A stretch of DNA of 64,000 nucleotides, taken from Ophelia neglecta. Its lineage: Eukaryota. Position numbers and translations under genes: made by a program. The DNA lies in the NCBI GenBank assembly GCA_965285935.1, contig OZ260664.1:81902001-81966000 (forward strand). Direction: 5' to 3'. Under the pieces are notes generated by a model, which worked only from the letters and a program-made list of their open reading frames with translations, ran no database searches and was not told where the DNA came from. Below, one piece after another: positions 1 through 9,926 of the stretch; within the stretch, counting starts at the first letter, position 1, and the number at the start of each line of letters is the position of its first letter.

Positions 1-491
1 ATATGATTAATACTCACAATACTTGCATGGAACATATCTGATCTGATGAGAATATTAAGTTTGCATTTTATTAGCCTTTTTGCATGTACAATTTACAAAT
101 AGTAATTTTTCTATTTTAAAGTGACATTTATTTTCAAAGTCTATAAAAGCAAGTGACCTGAAATGCAGGACAATGTGTGCCTTGTGCATAACATTTTCTG
201 TGATATTTTTTTTTCTGTAGCATGATAAAACATTTCATTATTGCATCTGCCTGTGCTTGAAAAAAGGGCTGTACCTAAAAAGGTTGGGTTTTGCGTGAAA
301 AATGGTTTTATTTTGGATACCTGCCCCTCCATACTAGCAGTTTTTCTTTTTTATTTGAAGACCCTGCCCCCCTTGTAGTTAAATCATTCACATATAAACT
401 TCTTCATGACAAGATAACGATGACCCCCCCCCCTTTAACTAGACTGAACTCACTGCTTAACAACAAATATTTGTTTCAAACACAACATATC

Positions 492-652
492 CTGTGAACC
501 TGTGTTTGTGGTCACCTGTGTACTAAGGTCAATAAGTAATGGTCTGATCCCCATTCATGCCTGTTTTAACTGACCTGCCTATTAAGGCCACCTACATAAT
601 GGGGTCACTTTTTCCCAGTCCCTTGACTGACCTGATAAGATAGGTTTCATTG
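492..652. mobile_element. Degenerate TA-type MITE (CAGTGAAACCTG family)
   Basis: Shares ggtcacctgtgta, aaggccac, gacctgat and aggtttca blocks in the same order with the element at 37248-37377; the termini are decayed inverted repeats. Confidence 0.55.
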
Positions 653-1227
653 TATATGTATTTTGGAAATATTTTATTTTGAATTAAATTAGATAAGTGC
701 TGTGTAGATTTATGGTTGGCAGAAAGTCACCACTGCATATGTCCAAGTCCCTCTCCTCAGTATACATCAATGTACAAGCAACCTTTTAACATTGAACATG
801 ATACTCTCATTGAAGGTCCACTTTGATCAAGGGTTGGGCTTGTACCTGTTTATTTTTTTCTGTAACATCTTACAAGAAATCATAAACTCATACCTTTGGG
901 GTGCTTTACTGATATTAAATGACCTATGCTTTTGCACTACTTCTCAGATTGAAAGCATGAAATGTACACAATGCATATCTAATAAATGTGCCTCATAAAC
1001 AGTAGAAGTATTACTGGGAGCTTCTAAATTCTAGATTAATCTGTAATGTTTTTACATTACAAGAAGTATAATATATTTTTGTTTGTATTATGTACATACT
1101 GGTAGTTAATATGCAATAAAGTCCTAAGTGATATGACAAGTGCAATGAAATACATTATTATACAGTTTGTAAATAATAAGAGTACTTTACATCTTTGCTT
1201 CTATTATTGTTTCACTTAATATTTTAG

Positions 1228-1328
1228 CGATAAAAACTCCAAAGCCCCGAGCAAAGACAAACCGTCCAGCATCCCTAAGCCGGCTTCGACTACGGGTCAG
1301 TCTTCACTGGCAGGGCTACCTTCATTAG
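1228..1328 (+). CDS. CEP43: CEP43 internal exon (DKNSKAP...SSLAGLPSLG)
   Basis: ttttag acceptor, G|gtaagt donor, SSLAGxPSL motif. Confidence 0.8.
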
Positions 1329-4300
1329 GTAAGTAGTGGGAAAGTGTAAAAACATTTTTTATTTCATACATGACACTTCAAGTCATTTGTAGGGCTACCC
1401 GTTGGACAATGATAGTAATCAAGCTTCTCATTTTCAAATACACTTCACAGTGATTATTTTAAAAGTGAAGAAATAAGAACTTACTTGGATATGTGTCTTG
1501 TAAATTTAATATTATAACTTAGCTGCCCTGTTTAGTTTGTCCAAGAATTGCTGTTCCAAAGTAAACAAGGAATCCTGTTTGTTAAAAAAAAAATACATGT
1601 TCTGATCAAATATACTTTCAGAGCAAGGCACAGCAGAGAATGTGCCTGGTAGGTTACAGTCCTCTCACTGAGCTGGTTTATTTAAATGTGGATTCTTGCT
1701 GTTTATTATTTTTCTGTTTCTAAGCTCATTCTTTACATTCCTATATCCATTCCCTCACCACCTTCAATGGTAATTTCTTCTAAGAATCTCCATAAATTCT
1801 ATGATATTAAGATTCAGTAATATGTTTTAATTTATTGTTCTCACTACTGACTAGTTAAGGCTTGTGTTATAATTATTATTTAATGAAATGTTCAATGCAC
1901 TTAATCTTATCTTAAACTTATAGGAATAAATTTACCACTAGTGTTTTAAAGTATTACAGGAAGCTAGAAATTGCCCTGCAACTAATCTTAAAAAAACAGC
2001 CACAAAATGGCAGATCCTAATACTGTATATTGAAATATATTTTACAATTTGAAGAATAAACAATACCAATTTCATAAGGTCATAAAAGTGGGGAACTTTG
2101 GTAAGTGTCTGCACACTTATAGATTTTGCCTCAAATTTCTCTTTCCACGTTTTGGACCTTTTTCTAGTTTAATGAGCGCAATTAATTTATACTTAATTTT
2201 GAATTATAAAATATTACAGAATTCACTGATATTTTGTTTGTTGTACCAACTGGGTTAAATTTTGATCAATTTATATGTAATTCTCAAACTGTTCCTGTTA
2301 TCCTCATTTTAAAGCTTCAAAATAATTTACCCCTTTATGGGAGTGCTATGTGTGTTTGTTAACTCCCCCCCCCCCCATCTAGCTTTTAGAAACTGCTGTG
2401 ATGCTAACCCAAGTTCCTTCTTTTCATGGCCTAATGGCCTCTATACTGTTATATACAAGGAAAGTATGTATTTTGTTTAAAATTTTGAAAGATACAATTC
2501 TTCTCTCAGGGATAGGGATCCATATTAATTCCTATTTGTATGGTCAAGAAATACTTTTATTTCAGGTTTTGGTGGACCAAAGGCTGGGAGTGATATGGAG
2601 AAAGACATTAAACAAATTGATAAAAATCTGGCAGACTTAGGTGTTGGTAAGCAGACAGATTTGATGTAGTGTACTGTGCAGTAATCCAAAGGGGCTAAAT
2701 TGACACTGGTAATATGAGATTAGCAACTGCCAAATCTACCAAGACTCCCCCCATCCACAATCCCCACCCCCTGACATAGTGGCTGGGGGACTCTCACATT
2801 TTTGCCACACAAACAAGCTAAACCTTACATTTTTACCAAATACAGAACTTGGCAACCCCAAGCTGTTATTAGTTATGTGGTACTTCTCTAGAGGTTATTA
2901 AATGTAAAGATTAATATCATGTGACAAGGGAAAAAAATTATATGCCTGGCTCCAATGGGAATAAAGTCAAAATAGATCCTATGAAGTGGTATGGACAGAT
3001 ACGTTCCATCGAGCATTAATTTCCTCTAAGTTGCATTATTGTTTGATTTTTCCTATGTGGTATAAATTATAAAGACACTGCTTCTGCAAACCACAAAGTA
3101 CTGTGAGCAGTAAACATAGCTAAATTGGCATGTAAGTTGATTATTGTAAAAGTCAAATGCCTTCATAAAAAACCAACTTGCTCTACCCAAAATTGTAATA
3201 CCTCAGATTCTACCGAATTAAATTCCACCCATTTGTGCAGAATGACAAAAGACTAAAGCCTGTTGCAGCCAAAAAAATCCTGGGTTATGCTGTACAATAT
3301 ATCGCATTTTTTGTAGAAAGACAATATGTGTATGTGTAACAAGACTTTCAGCATGTGTTTGCATAAGTTATCAAATAATAACAAAGATCCGTCCATTTCA
3401 ATATGCCGCTGTGATATTCCTAGTGGTCACAATGTACTAATCCTGAGATCTTTTTATCAGATGTTCCTGAGGACGACTATGACGATGACTTTGATAGCTC
3501 AAAGTAGGTGCCTTACTTTCATATACAGATAGAAAATGCACCATTTATAATATTATCTTATATTTCTAATGATAATAGGACTTAACTAGACTATTGTTAA
3601 GAGGCTGCCATAAAGAAAAATACAATAAACATGCACCCTGTTATAGTAAATTTGATTAGCTCCTGAATGCAACAATATCAACCTCTAGCTTTTCAATAAT
3701 TGTATTTTGAGTTAATATTGATTAATATGAACCTTGCTTATCCCATCCCTTCAGACACTCCAACCCTGAGTCTGCCTCCAGGTGACCTTAAATACCTCCC
3801 TCTCGCTTCTCGGCTCAATGTCACTACTGTATTATCACTCGGCTCTATTTCTGCATTGGGCAATATTTACTACTTGTTTGACCTGTAAACTGGAGTAATC
3901 ATTGTCTATTTTATTGCTTAGTCATCAACAAACTGAATTCTAACCATGGATATTGAAGCTGGGCAGTGGGAGTTCCTGTTTTTTGTTGTGTTGAAGTTAT
4001 GGTGTCTTTATCACCAACACTGCACGAGTTCTAAGGTGCATGGTCACTTTTTCTGCTTCATTCCCTGCTCTATGAAGTGAATAAAGTACATGTACATGCA
4101 ATGTTCATCATATACAGCCCATTCAATTGCACACATATTAAAGTAGTTTTATTTTACCTGACCAAATTGAGAGTAGTATTAGTCCTAGCTATGTACAGCT
4201 TCAAACCCCCAGGCCATACACCAAGACGATGAAGTGTTCCTGTGTTTATCACCAATATTTGTGCTGCTAGTTGTAGGATTACTGGTGTTAGCTTATTTGT

Positions 4301-5607
4301 GATAAAATGTCCCAGTCACAGAATCTTAGTAACTGGGTGATTCAGAGCAGAAAAATGAACCAATTACCCACTCACTAGTAGATGTGGATCTATTTTACTG
4401 ACCACCTGGTGTCTTTAATGGTTAAGAACCATCCTTGGAAACATAGATTTAGTAAAAGCAGTGAAAAATAGATTGAATTGTAGAATGAATCTTATTATTT
4501 TCTTGGAAGCTTTTCTTGTTGGCCTAAAATATGTGTACTATATTTGAATTACTGTAAAACCCTTAAACTTAGCTGCCCTTAATATATGCTGTTTTGGCAC
4601 AAAAATGATTTCACTGTCTTTTTCATTTTGCATTTTAGAGGTATCTACAATAGGTACTCACTGGGCCTCTTAATTTTTGCATGGCTTTTAAAATTTCAGG
4701 GTTTTGACCCTACTTGTGAAATTAGCAGTTTAACCGTTTGACAGTATCACCAGTTGATTAACTGTAGAAAACTTGAAAAAAAACTGAACTAATTGTTAAA
4801 AACTTAATAATGGATTGTATGTAATATATAGATTATGTATGATGTGTTTTGTTACAGTATCAGTCCATTTGGGGTGACGCCAAGATCTGCCAGATCTAAC
4901 CACGATGTAAAAAGTATAGAAGACGAGGAGATCGAGGAGGACCTGTCTGTGGCGTCTGATCTGCTTCATAGTGATAACAGTGGGGTGAGTAGCAAATTAG
5001 AGAGCTGGGGGAGGGGGGGGGGGGGATCTGTATGTGTCTTCTGATCTGTTACATAGTGATAACAGTGGGGTGAGTAGCAAATTAGAGAGCTGGGGGGGAG
5101 GGGGTAGGGAGATGGGAGGGGAGAAGATGTGCCTTGATAATATGGCCTGTCTGCTTTGTACAGATAGCAGTGAGGTTATCAGGAAAGTAAACAGCTGAAG
5201 GGGGGGGGGGGGGGGGGGAGCAGAAGGAAGGAAAGAAAGGGTTTTTTTAGGCATCTGATCTGCTTCATAGAGATAACAGCAGGGCAAGTAGGAAAATTGG
5301 CAAAATAAGGGAAAGAAAAAGGCTAGTGCCTGTTCAGTGTGGTGAAGGCAGTAACTTGGTCAAAGGCAGTTACTGCTATATGCAGTGCGATGTTAAATTT
5401 GGGTTAATTTTGTGTATGTGTACTACACACTCAAAACTAATTCAAAGTTAAGGTCTTACAGGATGTGTCAATTAGTATTAGTATATTTTAGCCTAATATG
5501 ATTAATAAATATTGTTTCAGGTGGATGACCTTACCACTGACAGGACAGTATCTCCAGAAGCCCAGAGTACGGCCTTTGACTACGTAGAAGATGTGCTTCA
5601 ACCCTAG
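1228..5607 (+). CDS. CEP43: CEP43 / FGFR1OP (centrosomal protein 43), 3' part; 5' exons lie upstream of the window
   Basis: Five exons (1228-1328, 2566-2646, 3461-3503, 4858-4984, 5521-5607) splice at GT-AG with consistent phases 1,1,2,0. They give ...SSLAGLPSLG-FGGPKAGSDMEKDIKQIDKNLADLGV-DVPEDDYDDDFDSS-...EEIEEDLSV...-VDDLTTDRTVS...FDYVEDVLQP*. This is colinear with the recalled human FGFR1OP C-terminus (SSLAGAPSL, KDLKLISDKIGSLGL, EDDDYVDDFNS, EEIEEDLSV, LDDLTQDLTVS, DYLEDVA). Confidence 0.88.
2566..2646 (+). CDS. CEP43: CEP43 internal exon (FGGPK...KDIKQIDKNLADLGV)
   Basis: tttatttcag acceptor, G|gtaagc donor, phase 1-1. Confidence 0.82.
3461..3503 (+). CDS. CEP43: CEP43 short acidic exon (DVPEDDYDDDFDSS)
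   Basis: tttttatcag acceptor, AA|gtaggt donor; matches recalled EDDDYVDDFNS. Confidence 0.8.
4552..4744. mobile_element. Degenerate TA-flanked MITE (CTGTAAA... termini)
   Basis: ta|ctgtaaaac ... gtttgacag|ta; same terminal signature as 17076-17311 but decayed. Confidence 0.45.
4858..4984 (+). CDS. CEP43: CEP43 penultimate coding exon (ISPFG...EEIEEDLSVASDLLHSDNSG)
   Basis: ttttgttacag acceptor, GGG|gtgagt donor; EEIEEDLSV motif. Confidence 0.87.
4955..5300 (+). repeat. Four tandem, variably decayed copies of the CEP43 exon end plus 5' splice site, separated by G-runs
   Basis: tctgatctgcttcatagtgataacagtggg|gtgagtagcaaattagagagctgggg at 4955; near-identical copy at 5040; degenerate copies near 5147 and at 5254. 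Confidence 0.85.
5521..5607 (+). CDS. CEP43: CEP43 terminal coding exon (VDDLTTDRTVS...DYVEDVLQP*)
   Basis: tgtttcag acceptor, TAG stop at 5605-5607; DDLT-D-TVS and DYxEDV motifs. Confidence 0.88.
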   Translation: MDDLTTDRTVSPEAQSTAFDYVEDVLQP

Positions 5608-6125
5608 CAACGGCCAGGACATCAACTATATCAATCATTCTTACTGTTTATGAAATATTCTAATGCTGCATAAGGACCTGCATTGCACATGAGTTTCCTG
5701 GGCAAAAACGCATAAGGTATATTAAGTTTGTTGTATAGTGTACAGAAAGAAATATATTCTATATAATAATGATCTCCTAGAATATCTAGGTTGTTAAGCT
5801 CCGCCCAGATATGTTTAACGGGACCGAAAATGTAAAAGTAGTGTGATAAAGCATTTTGGATGTGATGAATTTTCACTTGATCGGTGCAAAGTGCCTCATT
5901 GTTTGTTATTTATAAATTGTCCTAGGTTCATCATTTAATATGTTTCATATTGACCTGAAGTGTGGCAGTCTAAACACAAGTTTTAAAATGTGTAAATTAT
6001 AGATACATAGCACTGTACCTAATAATAATTACAAACAATTATAATATGACCGTTCCATTTCGATACCTGGCTTTACTTTCAGATCAGCTCAATAAGTGTA
6101 AAGTGTGTGTCATTAATGATACCTG

Positions 6126-6352
6126 GTAGTGTCAGCAATAAGTACACATTAGTGTCAATAATAAGTACCCAGTAGTGTCAATAATAAGTACCCAGTAGTG
6201 TCAATAATAAGTACCCAGTAGTGTCAATAATAAGTACCCAGTAGTGTCAATAATAAGTACCCAGTAGTGTCAATAATAAGTACCCAGTAGTGTCAATAAT
6301 AAGTACCCAGTAGTGTCAATAATAAGTACCCAGTAGTGTCAATAATAAGTAC
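6126..6352. repeat. 23-bp minisatellite (GTAGTGTCAATAATAAGTACCCA), about 10 copies, in the probable CEP43 3' UTR
   Basis: Direct head-to-tail repetition with no spacers. Confidence 0.95.
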
Positions 6353-7779
6353 CTGTAAGTAGCCTTATCCCTGGATTATTTTTTCATTATTGATGACACA
6401 TATTAATTTTTCGAATGTTGACATCTATTTTCACAAATTTCAGTCACTATGTCTTTTATGTACTGTACGAGGCAGCTTGAAATGATATGTTTATTAATAA
6501 AGTAGTTGATTCATACTAGTATTAAAATGTAATATAATCATATCAGTTCAGTCCAATATTTCATTGAAGTGATTTCTGACTTGTAAAAGTCACATATACA
6601 TGTACATATACATAAAAAGTAAAAACGTAAAAGTACATAAAACACATACAAAACACACAGGCATATACAACACTATCCACATACGCTACACCGTACACAG
6701 AAAAAAATACATACACAAATGTGCATAGATCAAACAGGTTCCCCAGGGCCCGTAATATCATCTAATATTTTATGAAACGACATGTAGATACATTATTTTT
6801 GTTGATGACTCAAGTGAATACATATTTATTGTAGACATACCTGAAACAGTTTAATACTGGTTTGTTTTTATGTTAATGTACACTGCACTCAAAAAGTTAG
6901 TGATGTCCATAGCACTCAATGGGTTAACGTCCAATGTACTGTTCATCTTGTATTAATATTTTTGTCATGCATACATGTATATCCATCATTGGAAATGGCT
7001 GTTCATTGTAAGTTGTTGAAGGATGGTCATTTGTTTTTTCCTTGTCTCCTATTTGTACTAAACAGATAGTTTTTTCTGTATTGAACACATTGATGTTTTT
7101 ATTATTTTGGACAACTGTTTAAGTCTATTTGTCATTTGCCTGATTATTTGTGAGAATAAAATACACATAGTATCTACATCTCTGGTTATTTGTACAATAT
7201 TTTGTACATTTGGTTCTATCACTTGAATAAATGCACAGAAACAAAGTCAAATAAACCATAGAGTTCTGTTATTTTTGTGATGCATTTCATCAGCTTCCCT
7301 TATTCCTATTCTAAATTAATACTGAAGATCTGTAGGCAATTTTCTGGTCATTTTATTCCAGTTGGTCTTATTGCAATAGTATTTTGATAACTCTGCAAAA
7401 TGTGCTAATATTTGTTTCAGCCCCCCCCCCCCCCCCCCCTCCTCCCTCGCCACCAACCCTAGGTGGAAAATCTAAGTATATTTAGTTGCCAAAGAAATGA
7501 CAAAAAAGTACTAATTTCATTTTGCCTTTCTCCTTACATGAAGCAATTTCCAGTGTTTTGAGCAAGCAAAAACTTTGGTTGAGCGGGGGCGGAGGGGCAA
7601 TCTCCAATTGCCAGAAGTGTTCTTTTTTTGGAAAAGCTGATGATAAAAGTTTATAATTTAAATGTATTTTCTGCCAAATGGACTGACATGTTATGGCAAT
7701 GTGCTAACTTTGGAAATTGCTCAATAGTTAGCTTTTGTCGGCAGTGATAAGCCATACCTTAAGTAGCTACTTGTTTGTA

Positions 7780-7935
7780 AACAAACCCACGTGTATTGGC
7801 TTTTCTAGCAGTGGGAATCATTTCTGTGAGACACACTTCCTGTTAAGCCGAGGCAACAGAAGGTTACTTGTTTTCGTACAAATGCCGTCTATACCCTTAA
7901 ACTTTGACATATAATTCTACGAAAAAGGTACGGAC
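7780..7935 (+). promoter_or_regulatory. Candidate DPY19L3 promoter / non-coding first exon
   Basis: Locally CpG-richer; CACGTG (7788), ATTGG (7795), ETS-like ACTTCCTG (~7835); possible donor AAG|gtacgg (~7928). Exon 1A has a clear acceptor at 9604-9605, which implies an upstream leader exon. Confidence 0.3.
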
Positions 7936-8217
7936 CGAAACTTTATTATTATTTCTGGAAATAGGGCATGGCACAGTCTTATAGCTCCTGTTGGAATTAA
8001 GATGTTTCTTATCTGACAGCTCCGCCGCCCGAGGTCCTCCCAACTGTTGCCTACACACGCACACTACCATGCTACATAGAAAATTAGAAATAGTTGTCTT
8101 TTTCTTTTAATAGTTTGAAGGGCTGCTGAAGCAGCACCTATTTTAAATGTAGTGCAGATTCACGGTGAATGACGCATAACCCGTTCATCCTGTCACCTGC
8201 TCAGGGGCAGCCGACAG

Positions 8218-8287
8218 CACAGGGGCTTGTGTCAAAGCCTACGTTAGCTGGTTATATAGTATAGGTATGTTGACACAAGCCCCTGTG
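8218..8287. mobile_element. 70-bp mini-MITE, 18-bp perfect TIRs, 8-bp TSD (P- or hAT-type signature)
   Basis: TIR CACAGGGGCTTGTGTCAA / TTGACACAAGCCCCTGTG; GCCGACAG is duplicated at 8210-8217 and 8288-8295. Confidence 0.8.
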
Positions 8288-8326
8288 GCCGACAGCAACA
8301 GTGAAGAAGCAAGTAGAGTGTGGGGG

Positions 8327-8402
8327 AGGCTGTCGTTAACTGGTACGGCCCCTGTGTACTACCAAGGTAGTACACAGGGGCCGTACCAAATAACGACAGC
8401 CT
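8327..8402. repeat. Near-perfect 76-bp palindrome (37-bp arms, 2-nt centre)
   Basis: aggctgtcgtta-ac-tggtacggcccctgtgtactacc AA ggtagtacacaggggccgtacca-aa-taacgacagcct. Confidence 0.9.
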
Positions 8403-9647
8403 TTGTGAGGGAGTAGGCCACAATCTACCATCTGTTTTCTTCCCCTGTACTGTTAAAGCATGGAATGTCCTTCCCACTGCCCTGACCCTGGCAAAGACCC
8501 TTAATACCTTACGTGCCAAATTGTCGGCAGGCCAAGCCTATAATTCAAGTTAGTTATTGTAGCAAAGAATGAATATGTACAGAACAAACTATCGATCAGG
8601 TACAGACATTAAAGTATACAAATATGATAGTACAAAATTCATGTTTAACACTAACCTACTATAACCTAGGGTCAACAAGGATTGAACCCCTAGAGGGGTA
8701 TGTGCTATCTTATTGAATGGAATTTAATTGAGTTTATTGATAGCTATCAGGTGATTAAAGCCAAACCACAGGATCTCAATTTTAAGTTGAGCTTGACTTT
8801 CCCATGGAAAGGAACATGAATTTTGGTCTAGAGAGCGCCTTGAGCACCTTTTCATATGCCCCCTTTAACTTTTGTCAATTTTTTGGAAACTAAGTCAAGA
8901 AAGGCTACAGTGGGATGGAAACAAATGTTTGCCAACTTATCTAGTTGGTCTTACTAAATATAATATGGACATGCAAACAAGCTATTAATGTACGTGATAT
9001 GCCAGTTGAGCCTATATTGATTCTTTCCAAACGATAGTTTTGAGGAAATTTAAGTGCCTGTGACCACTGGCACTAGGCAACTTCAATGATATGTTACCCG
9101 GTACTTGAAGAGTGATGCCATCCGTTGCCTATGCCTGTGAGCCCTTTGCTGTCTAGGCAAGTAGTCAAATTATTCCTGAAACAGAAACAGAAATACATGT
9201 ATACTTCTCACATGAGTTTATCACAATACTTATGCAGAAATAAAGTCATTTTGGTTTGTACTTTTTTACATTCACCATTTTGGCGAAAATAACCCCATGT
9301 TTCCATGGCAACTCAGTCGCCTGAAGAAGGGTTAATTGATATTCAATGAATATCAGTTCATGTCGCTTTACTTCTAATGGGACCTTATAAAAGTATTTTA
9401 TATGAAACTGGACAAGGCATGGTGACATTTTGTTGAATTGAATTCACTTTTATCTTAAGATGGACGAATAAGAATTTTAATCCACTGAGATCTTTGCTAT
9501 ACGCACATGTGCCTGTTGAAAGAAAATTATTATTATATATTAAACTTTTAAATAGCTACACAATAGTAAATGTGAATATGCAGCTTGAACTCATTAATTT
9601 TTCAGGGTAGATATTGACTGGTGGACATGAATTGACTGCCAACTAAC

Positions 9648-9926
9648 ATGGCTGACGCTGCATCCAATGAGAGCTATGAGCTGAGGAGCAGGGTTAAAAG
9701 ACCTGGCAGTCTGAAACCGCGAGAAAGGGATAAACAGAAAGATGAAAAGGGGTTGCAGAATGAAATGTCTCTAGCCGGGGATGAAGATAAGACTGCTTAC
9801 GTGTGGACATTTCTTTCTGTTGTAAATGTGCTCATTGGATTGACTGTTATGATGATTATAGGACATAGATACTCTTCCTATGTACACCTTCTGCATGAGA
9901 ATGATATGTGGTTCTCCTCAATCAAG
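9648..9926 (+). CDS. DPY19L3: DPY19L3 alternative first coding exon 1A (93 aa: N-tail, TM1, LHENDMWFSSIK)
   Basis: Acceptor tttttcag ending 9605; in-frame TGA upstream of the ATG; AAG|gtaact donor in phase 0. Confidence 0.82.
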
